61,711 nt of DNA, filler included, from Candidatus Woesearchaeota archaeon (GCA_023266675.1; 5 parts of 5 records of this genome joined end to end with filler, not necessarily neighbours in it), one strand, 5' to 3'; positions 9,874 through 19,630 are shown, numbered from the whole stretch's first letter. A program made the numbers and translations. Notes: a model not told the origin generated them from the sequence alone.

Positions 9874-10155
9874 TTACTCGTTCTTCTCGACTTCAGCTTC
9901 TTCTTCTGTTGCTGTTATGCTTGTTTTTGTTACAGTGTAGGCTTTTGATGTGAACTTGGCTTTGCATTTACTGCATTCCCATATTCCCATTGAACCTCTT
10001 TTAACTTTCATGTAACTGCAGAAAGGGCATACATAAGTAGCTTTTTGCAAAGCGTCAATTTTGTTGAATTTCTCTCTATTTGTTCGTCCGTATCTTGTTC
10101 CGAATTTTCCCGCTGAACCTTTGATGTGTGTTCTTTTTATTGACGTTTCCGCCAT
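9874..10155 (-). CDS. rpl37ae: 50S ribosomal protein L37ae (eL43)
   Basis: GSAGKFGTRYG, CPFC...VKR...GIWECSKC. Confidence 0.95.
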   Translation of the reverse strand: MAETSIKRTHIKGSAGKFGTRYGRTNREKFNKIDALQKATYVCPFCSYMKVKRGSMGIWECSKCKAKFTSKAYTVTKTSITATEEEAEVEKNE

Positions 10156-10200
10156 GAATATTCACCTTTTACTGTTTTGACTGTTTCTTTCGTTATCTAA

Positions 10201-10274
10201 TGGGGCTGCCCGGATTCGAACCGGGATCACACGGCCCCAAACCGCGAAGGATAGCCAGGTTACCCCACAACCCC
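10201..10274 (-). tRNA. tRNA-Pro(TGG), no intron
   Basis: acceptor stem GGGGTTG/CAGCCCC-A; anticodon arm CGCGG-TTTGGGG-CCGTG; T arm CCCGG-TTCGAAT-CCGGG. Confidence 0.95.
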
Positions 10275-10473
10275 ATAAAGATTATGAAGGGTATTTTCTA
10301 AGAAATCTGAATTCATTTAAAAACCTAATGGTTTTTATCCCCTGCGACGTAGACGTTTACAGATTAAAAAAATAATATTTCTGTTTTAAATTGTATCGTC
10401 TTTTAAAAATTTAACACACATTCCATTAATTTTACTTAAAAATTGTTTTTATATACTTATCAATGATTAATCA

Positions 10474-10932
10474 CTATTTCCACATTTTATCCATTAGTTT
10501 GTTAAAAACAGGCTCTGCAGCCTGCCATCTTCTGCTTGATTCATAGTAACATTCCAATAAATCATGCGTTTCCAATAGTTTAAAAGAAGCTGCTTTCATT
10601 AAGAGTTGGGTCTCATTTTCTGGTTTGGAAAGATTAATAGAAAAAATATTGTCTAATCCGTGAACATAGCTGTTTAATCTGTCATGAATCATAGAATAGT
10701 ATGAAATATCCTTATTAAAAGTCTGACCATTTTTGTATGGAGTGGTAAAATCAGATATCATTCGGTTTAAATTATCACCACTAATATCCAATTCCAGATT
10801 TTTGCGATTTTCTGAAGAAAGTTTAATTAAAGCCTCTATTCCTCTTTGAGCATGCGTATAGAGAAAATGCTGCCACTGCGGCAAACTTAATTCAAGATCT
10901 AACTCTGATTGTCTCCCTAAATAGTTAACCAT
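10474..10932 (-). CDS. hypothetical protein (start moved to MVNYLG)
   Basis: ATG at 10932 follows the stop of the upstream gene; the longer ORF would overlap it by 74 nt. Confidence 0.65.
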   Translation of the reverse strand: MVNYLGRQSELDLELSLPQWQHFLYTHAQRGIEALIKLSSENRKNLELDISGDNLNRMISDFTTPYKNGQTFNKDISYYSMIHDRLNSYVHGLDNIFSINLSKPENETQLLMKAASFKLLETHDLLECYYESSRRWQAAEPVFNKLMDKMWK

Positions 10933-10933
10933 G

Positions 10934-11230
10934 TTATTTTTTCTTATCAACTTTTTCTTTTGCAAAAGTTTCTTTATGATAAACTTCGTGGCTAGCACGT
11001 TTTTCAAACAAGGCTATTGCCATGGTTATTACATCCGTCTGGTAATCTTTCAGATTTTGTTCATGGAATAGTTTTTTTGCATCATTTATGCATTCCTTCA
11101 TTAGAGAAATATTTTCCTGCCGTGCATTCTCTTGAACTATTTCTTCTTCATTTGATGTTAAATAAACCTCTTCCCACCTAGGATAATTGCTTCCTTCAAT
11201 TGTCTTTGGAAAACTCTTTGAATACACCAT
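10934..11230 (-). CDS. hypothetical protein
   Basis: 98 aa ORF with GAGGTG Shine-Dalgarno and upstream TATA. Confidence 0.8.
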   Translation of the reverse strand: MVYSKSFPKTIEGSNYPRWEEVYLTSNEEEIVQENARQENISLMKECINDAKKLFHEQNLKDYQTDVITMAIALFEKRASHEVYHKETFAKEKVDKKK

Positions 11231-11303
11231 TTTTAATACACCTCTAATATACTAAAATATTAAAAGGATATAAAAACTTTTGTCTAAGAAAAATATGGAG
11301 AAC

Positions 11304-11561
11304 TTAATCAAAATTTATTTTAACATCACCGCTTTTGATTTTGCATTGACATGCAAGTCTTGTCTCATCATCCATACCAAAAGCAATTTCTTCCTCTGTT
11401 AATTCAGTTAAGTTTTCTTTTCCTTTAACTATTTTTATCATGCATGTACCGCATGTTCCTAAATGACATGAAAATGGCACTCCCATATCTTCACATACAA
11501 AGGATATTGACTCTCCGTCATTGATTTCCACTTCTTTTTCGCCGTTTATTATCTTAGCCAT
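11304..11561 (-). CDS. [2Fe-2S] ferredoxin
   Basis: FSCHLGTCGTC...RLACQC. Confidence 0.92.
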   Translation of the reverse strand: MAKIINGEKEVEINDGESISFVCEDMGVPFSCHLGTCGTCMIKIVKGKENLTELTEEEIAFGMDDETRLACQCKIKSGDVKINFD

Positions 11562-11669
11562 AGATTATATCACCTGTATTAAGGTTAAAAACCGCTAATT
11601 AAATACTCTTTGTTTAATTAAATAAATAGTTTAATGCAAAATAATACAAAAATAGATTAGTATAGATAG

Positions 11670-12992
11670 TTAAAGTTCAAATATCTTTTTTTCTTCTTTG
11701 ATTGCAAATGGAGACCCGCCGCCGTGCCAAGTGAATCTTGGCCGAATTTTTATAGGGAAAATCTTTTCATTATTATCATCAAGAACTATCGCTGAGCCTT
11801 TTGCTGCAGGTAACTCATTTAGGTATTTGTCAAGTCCTTCACGCATATAGCTTTGAGTGAGCGCTGACAGTGCGTCTGTATCTATTTTTGCCGTTATCCT
11901 ATGACTTATTACAACATCTGACTGTGTCATTACGTCTGTGTGTATTTTTCCTGGTTGCTGCGTTGCAAGTATAAGCGATATCCCTGGCTGTAGTCCTTCC
12001 CTCATTATTGTAACTAGCGGGTCTGTTGCAAGTGTTTTTCCTTCCCTAGGTAAAAACTCGTGTGCTTCATCAATGACAAGCCAAACTAGTGGGTCTTCAA
12101 GTTTTGGTGGCGCATCATCATCATAGAAATAATTCATCTGTGTATGTATGTCTTTGAATTCCTCATCCCTTCGTGAAACCATTCTGTCTATGAAAAGTTT
12201 TTGTGAAACAAGGCCGATAACAAGGTTTTTTATCTCCCATCCACCAGGAAGCGTTGCGTAGCATGAAACATCAAGAACAGTTACCTGGCCGCCTGCAACT
12301 ATGTCAGACATCGGCGTTGCATCTACATCAAAAATACCCCAATTTTTTGCATTAATAAAACGATTTACTGCTGCGTCTTTTGACTCTTTTGTTGAGTTTT
12401 CATCTTTTTTTATCTCTTCAACTATTTGATCGATTGAGTAGTCGTCAAGTTCTTCTTTCATCCTATATATTACGCTCTCAAGTAGCACTCCAAGAGGGGT
12501 TGTGTAATCAATTTTAAAAGTTGTACACCAGTCGCGTGAATCAAGCTCATATGGTTTTATTGCAAAAGGTCTGTCAGTTGGTATTCCCTTGTCTTTAAAT
12601 TCCTTAAAATATCCTTTAGGTGTGTATATGACCACATCAAGCGACTGAGGTGAAAGCCCCCATTCTTCTAAAAGCTCCTTGTTTTGCTTGTTTGGATATT
12701 TCATAGTCCAATAAATACCCATCGTGTCAAGTAAAACAAAAGAAAGATTGTTTTTTATCTCTTTAGGAAGATTCGCCATGCCTTCAGCAATGACACCCAT
12801 AGTATAACTCTTTCCGCCCCCTCTTTTTCCGCAAATAAAATAAACGTGAGCACCAGATACATCCAAGAAAACATTGTTTGAAAGGCTTGTTGTTCTCCCC
12901 ATCTTTACATAGTGTTTTCCAAGAAGAATTGTTCCTGATAAGCCATACTTTTTTACGTCCCCTGGGCTTCGTCCTATAATTACCTCGTACAT
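11670..12992 (-). CDS. second HerA/DUF87-like ATPase, without HAS barrel
   Basis: CGKRGGGKSY, LLDTMGIY, VIDEAHEF, ATQQPG. Confidence 0.88.
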   Translation of the reverse strand: MYEVIIGRSPGDVKKYGLSGTILLGKHYVKMGRTTSLSNNVFLDVSGAHVYFICGKRGGGKSYTMGVIAEGMANLPKEIKNNLSFVLLDTMGIYWTMKYPNKQNKELLEEWGLSPQSLDVVIYTPKGYFKEFKDKGIPTDRPFAIKPYELDSRDWCTTFKIDYTTPLGVLLESVIYRMKEELDDYSIDQIVEEIKKDENSTKESKDAAVNRFINAKNWGIFDVDATPMSDIVAGGQVTVLDVSCYATLPGGWEIKNLVIGLVSQKLFIDRMVSRRDEEFKDIHTQMNYFYDDDAPPKLEDPLVWLVIDEAHEFLPREGKTLATDPLVTIMREGLQPGISLILATQQPGKIHTDVMTQSDVVISHRITAKIDTDALSALTQSYMREGLDKYLNELPAAKGSAIVLDDNNEKIFPIKIRPRFTWHGGGSPFAIKEEKKIFEL

Positions 12993-13094
12993 ATATCATT
13001 TTATGAAAAACTAGTATAAATAAGTATTGGTAGACGAACATCACACATCAAAAACCTTATAAATAAAGTTAAATTTCAGAATATAGAGATTAAA

Positions 13095-13712
13095 ATGATG
13101 AGAAATTCACGCGAAAGAGAAGAGAAGCAGCAAAAAAGAAATAAGAGGGTTGTTGGAATATTCATAACTGTTATCATGGTAGGTTCAACTCTTGGTTTTT
13201 TTATTGCTGATAACCAAAGTAATAACTTGGATTACAAATCAAAAACTGGTAAAAAATATTCTTTTGAGCAGGCAAATGGTCAGCTTTACACGAAGATAAA
13301 CAAGCAGACAATGGCTTTTTACAGTCATCCTCTTGATGTCGTTAGCTTAAACGTCTCAGATGAAGCAAATTATTTGCTAAAAAGCGCGCAGGCATTTTAT
13401 ATGACTTTTGATCCTGAATCTAATGACATTCAGTATATAGAACAGGCAAGATTTGATCTTGAAAAAGATTTTGCAGGTCTAAAAAAATATGCTTTAAGCG
13501 GCGTTATAAAAAACAGCACATTATACTCAAATTATAATATTATTACATGTGAGAACTCAACAGCTTATACTCCCGTAATATACTTTGTTGATGTTAATGT
13601 GACAGATACAATTGGTTATGTCAAGGATAGTTGTATCATATTCGAAGGAAAAAGAACTGACTTTTTGAAATTCAGGGATTATATTGTTTACAAGATGTAT
13701 GATATGATATGA
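13095..13712 (+). CDS. membrane-anchored hypothetical protein
   Basis: basic N-terminus, one TM helix, then an extracellular domain with IITC...C. Confidence 0.8.
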   Translation: MMRNSREREEKQQKRNKRVVGIFITVIMVGSTLGFFIADNQSNNLDYKSKTGKKYSFEQANGQLYTKINKQTMAFYSHPLDVVSLNVSDEANYLLKSAQAFYMTFDPESNDIQYIEQARFDLEKDFAGLKKYALSGVIKNSTLYSNYNIITCENSTAYTPVIYFVDVNVTDTIGYVKDSCIIFEGKRTDFLKFRDYIVYKMYDMI

Positions 13713-14428
13713 GAAAAAGTAAAGATAAAAATTATTTAGGTATTGTTTATGCAGTTGCATTAGTTTTAGTTATGACATCTGTTGTCTTTTTTTTAATGTT
13801 TAAAAATTCAAACAATATGAACAATAATTTTGTGAATAATATAATTACAAGCATAACAACAAATAATAATTATAATAAGGAAATTATTAGCCATAAAGGA
13901 AATGTTACTGATGTTATAATAAGAAACGGAGAAATAGTTTCATATAAGTACAATAACTTTCAGTTTGAAAAAAACAACAATGTATGGACAACAGAAATTC
14001 AATTTGGTGAGCAGCCGTATTATATAACTTTTTCTTACGGACCAATAGAAGTGGAGAATATATCCATTGTATTCAACAGTAATTATTTTCAAAAAATTGC
14101 AACACCAAAACACAAGGTATATGTGACTTTTGACCATGATACAACAAATGCGTCGTACATTGCAACATCAGCTGTAAACCTTATTACAAACCTTAAAACT
14201 GTTTATGGGTTGAATATATCAAGAGCGTGCCTTAAAAATTCAACAAACTGCGCTGGCGCACCGATAATAACATGCCAAAGCAATCCGAATAATGCAGTAA
14301 TCCAGTTTATTGAAAGCGAAACCCCCTATGCAGTGTATGATAAAAATTGTCTAACCATATATGGTTCAAATACGGAGTTTATCAAAACCACTGAGAAAGT
14401 CATTTTAAGCTGGTATAAAATATTTTAA
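13709..14428 (+). CDS. membrane-anchored hypothetical protein, paralog of the upstream gene
   Basis: ATGA overlap; shares Y.TFD, IITC, VI.F and C....G with the upstream gene. Confidence 0.8.
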   Translation: MRKSKDKNYLGIVYAVALVLVMTSVVFFLMFKNSNNMNNNFVNNIITSITTNNNYNKEIISHKGNVTDVIIRNGEIVSYKYNNFQFEKNNNVWTTEIQFGEQPYYITFSYGPIEVENISIVFNSNYFQKIATPKHKVYVTFDHDTTNASYIATSAVNLITNLKTVYGLNISRACLKNSTNCAGAPIITCQSNPNNAVIQFIESETPYAVYDKNCLTIYGSNTEFIKTTEKVILSWYKIF

Positions 14429-14434
14429 TTATTC

Positions 14435-15055
14435 TTAAGATAATATTTTTAGTAAGTAAGGAGCTATAGTGCTAAAAACCCATATGTTCCAGATTATGTG
14501 TGTTATTGAAAAAAGAAATATTCTTGTTAGTCTTCCTCTAAACCAAACCACATATATTGGTACAAAAATTAAATTATATATTAAAGTTAAGGTAATTCCT
14601 GCAGTTTTTATAGATGTTCCTTCAAAAAATGAGGAAAAAAATCCAACAAAAGCTATAAGAACAAACGACAATGCAAGGGTGTGTGAGAAAAATCCGGAAA
14701 AATATGTTGAAAGCGCAAACGTAAACAGCCCTACAACTGCTCCGACAAAAGGACCGTATACATATCCTGAAACTACTGTTGTAAGCATTATAAATTCTAT
14801 GCCAAGCTGCACTTTGAAAAATCGCTGGTATATCTTAGAAACTCCGCCTAGTAATATTAAAAAGGAAATTATCAAGACGTGTTTTACAAGTCCTGCAATC
14901 ATATTTAATAACAGTAATAATAGCGCAAACACGATCAATGATACAATAGCGTGTATCCTGTTTTGAAATACCCAGTCAATTCCTGGTTTGACATATCTTA
15001 AAGTAAATGGTCTTAAATAGTCAAAGACGTCTTTTTCATCCTTATTTTCATCCAT
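14435..15055 (-). CDS. multi-TM membrane protein, ECF S-component-like
   Basis: about 6 TM helices; GIEF...TVVSGYVYGPFVGAVVG. Confidence 0.6.
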   Translation of the reverse strand: MDENKDEKDVFDYLRPFTLRYVKPGIDWVFQNRIHAIVSLIVFALLLLLLNMIAGLVKHVLIISFLILLGGVSKIYQRFFKVQLGIEFIMLTTVVSGYVYGPFVGAVVGLFTFALSTYFSGFFSHTLALSFVLIAFVGFFSSFFEGTSIKTAGITLTLIYNLIFVPIYVVWFRGRLTRIFLFSITHIIWNIWVFSTIAPYLLKILS

Positions 15056-15153
15056 AACCGTATTAGTTAGGAATAGAATATAAAAGCCTTTTCAAAAATC
15101 AACGTTAAAAAGAATTTTAAAGAGATATTATCCTTTTAAAAACAAAAAATATT

Positions 15154-16119
15154 TTATTTATCATCATTAGTTGACTTCATTCCTTCAATATACTCATTAA
15201 GCTTTAGTTTTAACCGTCGTTTTAAATCGTCAGTAATGTCAAGTCTGTTAACTTCCTCATCTAAGTCAATTTCAGGGATTTTTGTTAATGTTCCCAGAAA
15301 TTCTCTGTTTGCAAATTTAACTTCTTCCTCAATTTCTCTGGCTTTTTTTGTTCCGAAATATTTCAATGCCGGAAATTTTGTAAAATAATCTGCACCGGCA
15401 AGAAGCAACTTTGAGAAATATCTTGTCTTGTCATGCCATGCTCCTGCAATTATTTCCAAATTCGGGAATTCTTCTCTTGTTTTCTCAATCCACTGCACAT
15501 AATATTCAATCTTTGGTGATGAGGTAAATGATGTTCCTTTATGTGGGTTTAGGGAATAAAACGTTATTCTTTGAAGCTTGTGTTCTTTTATAAATTCTGA
15601 AAGCTTTGGAAAGTCATCGATTGTTTCGCCAAGACCAATAATTATTGTTATTCCTTTTTTAATTCCTAGTTTGTCGCAGATTCTGAATGTGTTTAATATT
15701 GGCATTACAGGCTTTGAAGGGCATACTATTTTTTGAATCTTAGGATTAATACATTCAATTGTTCCAATGTATCCTTCAACATATGGTGAAAATAGAGTTA
15801 AGTCTTTTTCATTCAATACTCCAAGATTCAGCCATTGCTTTTCCCCTGTTATCTGAGATACTGTCTTTATGATGAACAATAGTTCATCCTTCGTGTAAGA
15901 ATCATAACCCCCTGAAAGAAATTCAACATCCCATCCGCAAGCTTTTGTTATTATTGCTTCTGCAAAAACAGATTCAAATCGTCTTCTTGCCTTCATAGGT
16001 TCAGTAATTAGATTTTTCTGCGTTGACATATAGCAGAATGTGCAGTCTCCTTTTGAACAGTACCATGAAAGGAATATTGCCCGCTTAAAATTAGTGGTTT
16101 TTTGGCTTTTTGTATCCAT
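15154..16119 (-). CDS. radical SAM protein, biotin-synthase-related, CX4CX2C motif
   Basis: SWYCSKGDCTFCYM, FLSGG, IIIGLGET, LNPHKGT. Confidence 0.85.
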   Translation of the reverse strand: MDTKSQKTTNFKRAIFLSWYCSKGDCTFCYMSTQKNLITEPMKARRRFESVFAEAIITKACGWDVEFLSGGYDSYTKDELLFIIKTVSQITGEKQWLNLGVLNEKDLTLFSPYVEGYIGTIECINPKIQKIVCPSKPVMPILNTFRICDKLGIKKGITIIIGLGETIDDFPKLSEFIKEHKLQRITFYSLNPHKGTSFTSSPKIEYYVQWIEKTREEFPNLEIIAGAWHDKTRYFSKLLLAGADYFTKFPALKYFGTKKAREIEEEVKFANREFLGTLTKIPEIDLDEEVNRLDITDDLKRRLKLKLNEYIEGMKSTNDDK

Positions 16120-16166
16120 AAATTCAAGAATTTGGTTATTATTTAAAAAGAATTTGTTAAATAGTG

Positions 16167-16790
16167 TTATTTTGTTTTTATCATACCTGAAAAAAAGAAT
16201 ACCCCAATTGCACCAACCCCTGCACCAACTATATCAATAAACAAATCATGTATCGTGTCTATATAATAATTGTCAAGAATAGTATTTTGCAAATCCATTG
16301 GTGAAAACATCCCAGGCCATGGAGCACCAAAATAGGTGAATCCTATAAACTCAAAGAACTCATTTAAGACACCTATGAGCAGGATAAACGAAACAATAGC
16401 TACTAAAATCAGCATATGTTTGTTAAGGGAAAGTTTTATTTCTCCTTTTTGCATTAATTTTGAATACACTATCTTTGCAACTATCATAACACCTGTAAGT
16501 GAAGCTACAAAATGAACTATTTTATCATATCCAAAAAATAATATTAAAATATTATAAGTGTCAAAAGTCCCAAGTGAATGCAATAAAAAACTAAGCCCGA
16601 GGAAGAAAATTGATACCGCTCCTAGATTTAATTTTTTAGAGTAATAAAAAAATATTGTTATGACAAAGAGTCCGATAAACGCATCTATAACCCACAAGGA
16701 ACGTGTAAATATATTATAAGTTAGAAGCAGGATAAATACAGACAAGTAAAATAAATAGATATACAATTTTGCTTTTTGTATTTGTCTCAT
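16167..16790 (-). CDS. DUF2238/YjdF-like integral membrane protein
   Basis: LH..G, YDKIVHF, G..NEFFEF, DT..DL. Confidence 0.7.
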   Translation of the reverse strand: MRQIQKAKLYIYLFYLSVFILLLTYNIFTRSLWVIDAFIGLFVITIFFYYSKKLNLGAVSIFFLGLSFLLHSLGTFDTYNILILFFGYDKIVHFVASLTGVMIVAKIVYSKLMQKGEIKLSLNKHMLILVAIVSFILLIGVLNEFFEFIGFTYFGAPWPGMFSPMDLQNTILDNYYIDTIHDLFIDIVGAGVGAIGVFFFSGMIKTK

Positions 16791-16874
16791 TTTGATTTGA
16801 TATTTTTAATTTGTATATAAATTAGTTCCAATTAGTTACATCTTAATATATATTCATTTCACTCTCAGTTTTGC

Positions 16875-17765
16875 TCATTCATATCTAAGTGCATCTACAG
16901 GTTTTAATTTTGATGCCCTATATGCAGGTATTGCACCGGCTATCATTCCGATTATAACTGACACCAATATTGCTTCAACTAAAAGTTTCATTGGCATAAC
17001 TGTTTTTATTGAAATTCCAGGTCCGATGCTTGTCAAGAAGTTAGGCAAAGCTATAGATATTATCCATCCAAGAGAAATGCCGATTAATCCTCCAACAAGA
17101 CCAACAAGTGCCGAATTTAGCAAAAATATCATCATTATGTCTTTGTTTTTTGCGCCAATTGCTTTCATAACTCCTATTTCTTTTGTTTTTTCAAGAACAC
17201 TTGTAAACATAGTATTTGCTATTCCAACCGCCCCAACAAGAAGTGATACTGCAGCTATTGCTCCTAAAAATATTGTAAAAGTCTGCGTTACACTTTGAAC
17301 CTGTGATTGTATTGCCTTTGCAGAAACAACTGAATAATCCTTTGTTTTGTTTGTGACATGCCTTGAAAGCATTAAGTTATTATCAACACTTGAAGTCACA
17401 TAATCAACATTGTCAATGCTATTAACTTTCACAATTATAGAATCATATTTTGTTGAGCCAAAATAATCTGTGATAACCTGCCTTGCCTGTTCAATTGGCA
17501 TATAAATTCGATTATCATCACTGCCTCCGCTTCCGACTGATTTTAATACGCCTACAACTTTAAATGTTTTTCCTTCAATAATAACATCTCTGTTTACTCC
17601 AATTGGCTGTTTAAAAGTTGTTGTTGAAATTCTGTTTCCAATAACCACAACGTTTGTGTCTCCAGGATTTAGGTATCTTCCTGAGTCAAGTTCGGTTGTG
17701 ATAATATTGCTCCATGCAAGCGGGTAAACTCCCTGAATATTTATTGATGAAGACTGCGCAAGGTA
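16875..17765 (-). CDS. MacB/FtsX-family ABC transporter permease, 5'-truncated by the linker
   Basis: VGAVGIANTMFTSVLEKTKEIGVMKAIGA...PAYRASKLKPVDALRYE. Confidence 0.93.
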   Translation of the reverse strand, partial: YLAQSSSINIQGVYPLAWSNIITTELDSGRYLNPGDTNVVVIGNRISTTTFKQPIGVNRDVIIEGKTFKVVGVLKSVGSGGSDDNRIYMPIEQARQVITDYFGSTKYDSIIVKVNSIDNVDYVTSSVDNNLMLSRHVTNKTKDYSVVSAKAIQSQVQSVTQTFTIFLGAIAAVSLLVGAVGIANTMFTSVLEKTKEIGVMKAIGAKNKDIMMIFLLNSALVGLVGGLIGISLGWIISIALPNFLTSIGPGISIKTVMPMKLLVEAILVSVIIGMIAGAIPAYRASKLKPVDALRYE

Positions 17766-17766
17766 A

Positions 17767-17866
17767 NNNNNNNNNNNNNNNNNNNNNNNNNNNNNNNNNN
17801 NNNNNNNNNNTTAATTAATTAANNNNNNNNNNNNNNNNNNNNNNNNNNNNNNNNNNNNNNNNNNNN
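17767..17866. other. artificial contig/scaffold linker (N-run with TTAATTAATTAA)
   Basis: 100 nt with a six-frame stop cassette; the same structure occurs four times and truncates genes. Confidence 0.97.
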
Positions 17867-17867
17867 T

Positions 17868-19196
17868 ATCAAAATCGAAAAATCACTCCACCTTGAAAGC
17901 GACGATCTTGACATGGATAAAAAGATGAAAAAGGATATTGCAGAGCAGTCAAAGGAAATACAGAAAAAATTAATGGACATTCAAAACACGCTTGGCAGAT
18001 TAAATCAGGAACTGCTAGACGCGAAAATAAAAAAACAGATGCTAAGAAATCTTGTAAACGAGTTGAAAAATCCAAGGTTGATAGCCGAGCTAAATGCGTT
18101 TGAGCAGAAAAAACAGCAGATAAAAGACGAAATAGTGCATTACGACGCAGAAATAAAATCAATATCAACACAGACCGAAACACTCATAATTCCTGAGATT
18201 GAAAACGTGCAGAAAATAATAAAACAGCACGAGAAAGAAAAAGAGGGCTTTAATGCAGAAAAAACCACTCTTGAAAAAAAGATAAAATCAATGGAGTCAG
18301 AAATAAAAGACAAGGAAGAAAAACAAAAAAAATTCTACACGCAGTTTAAGGAACTGTTTACAAAGCGAGAAAAACTTTCAGATGAAATAAATAAAATAGA
18401 AACAAAGACTATAAGAAAAGAAGAAGAGATAAGGCACAGAGAGCATAAACTAAATACTTTATCTCTTGACGGTGCAAGAATAAAGGCAGAACTTCTTGGG
18501 TTTGAGGAAGAGCTTAAACAATACCACGATGTAAACATATTCAAGGATAAATCTGAAGATGACATAAAAAAGGAAATATCTCAGTTTGAAAAAATGGCGC
18601 AGGATATCGGCGCAGTAAACTTAAAGGCACTTGAAATATACAGCAAAGCTGAAGAGGAATTCCAGAAGCTTGCAGAAAAAAAGAAAACACTCGAACGGGA
18701 GCGAGAAGAAGTATTAATCATGATGAACGAAGTTGAAGTAAAGAAAAAACAGCTTTTCCTAAATACTTACGACATCTTAAATAAGAACTTTGGCGAAATC
18801 TTTAAGACACTCTCCTCAAAAGGTGAAGCATACCTCAACCTTGAAAATGAAAAGGATCCTTTTGATGGAGGAGTTACAATAAATGTAAAACTATCATCAA
18901 AGAAGTTTATGGATATTCGCTCACTATCAGGCGGCGAAAAAACAATGACTGCACTAGCACTTATTTTTGCAATACAGGAACACGAACCTGCTTCATTCTA
19001 CGTTCTTGATGAAGTAGACGCAGCACTTGACAAAAGAAACGCGGAGCATTTAGCTGAACTTGTAAAAGCGTATTCCAAACGTGCTCAGTATGTTATAATC
19101 TCCCACAATGACGGCGTAATATCAGAAGCAGACATACTATATGGTGTATCCATGGATACTGATGGAGTTTCTAAGGTTACAACTTTGAAGATATAA
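17868..19196 (+). CDS. smc: chromosome segregation protein SMC, C-terminal part
   Basis: long coiled coil, GAVNLKA, LSGGEKTMTALALIFAIQ, FYVLDEVDAALD, QYVIISH. Confidence 0.96.
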   Translation: MKIEKSLHLESDDLDMDKKMKKDIAEQSKEIQKKLMDIQNTLGRLNQELLDAKIKKQMLRNLVNELKNPRLIAELNAFEQKKQQIKDEIVHYDAEIKSISTQTETLIIPEIENVQKIIKQHEKEKEGFNAEKTTLEKKIKSMESEIKDKEEKQKKFYTQFKELFTKREKLSDEINKIETKTIRKEEEIRHREHKLNTLSLDGARIKAELLGFEEELKQYHDVNIFKDKSEDDIKKEISQFEKMAQDIGAVNLKALEIYSKAEEEFQKLAEKKKTLEREREEVLIMMNEVEVKKKQLFLNTYDILNKNFGEIFKTLSSKGEAYLNLENEKDPFDGGVTINVKLSSKKFMDIRSLSGGEKTMTALALIFAIQEHEPASFYVLDEVDAALDKRNAEHLAELVKAYSKRAQYVIISHNDGVISEADILYGVSMDTDGVSKVTTLKI

Positions 19197-19201
19197 ATTA
19201 T

Positions 19202-19588
19202 TCAAGAAAGAAACTTTGTTATCTCTTCAATTGACGCAGGTTTTTTAATATACACTAACCCTCTTGTAATGTGTCTTTCTATGTCTGCATTTTTCTCATC
19301 ACTTGTATGAAGCGCAACTTTTAATCCGGGTTCAGTTTTCAAAAAATATCTTGACAGACTAAGCCCAATATTTGGTTTTGGGTTCTTATGTTCTTTATCA
19401 TAGGGAACCAAATTATCCAGTATAAATGCAAAATAATTAGTTTTACTAACCAACTCCAGAAAATCTTGTCTATTTTCTGAATGAATAGGTGTATAACCTA
19501 ATGACAGAACAATATTAGATAACATTCTGATATATCTAGGTTGGTCTTCAAGCAAAACCACATTTTTACTTTCTTTTTGAAAAGACAT
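19202..19588 (-). CDS. single-domain response regulator receiver (CheY-like)
   Basis: LLEDQ, ILDN (phospho-acceptor Asp), HTS, KKP. Confidence 0.75.
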   Translation of the reverse strand: MSFQKESKNVVLLEDQPRYIRMLSNIVLSLGYTPIHSENRQDFLELVSKTNYFAFILDNLVPYDKEHKNPKPNIGLSLSRYFLKTEPGLKVALHTSDEKNADIERHITRGLVYIKKPASIEEITKFLS

Positions 19589-19630
19589 AATCTTTAGAAT
19601 AACAATTTATTTTAATATCTTTTGGTGATA

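Noticed and set aside
10933..11007. N-terminal extension of ORF 10474-11007
   Set aside because: Overlaps the upstream gene; ATG at 10932 directly after its stop is more plausible
17767..17866. Repeated TTAATTAATTAA palindrome inside N-runs (four copies)
   Set aside because: Artificial six-frame-stop linker; not biological, and adjacency across it is not evidence of linkage
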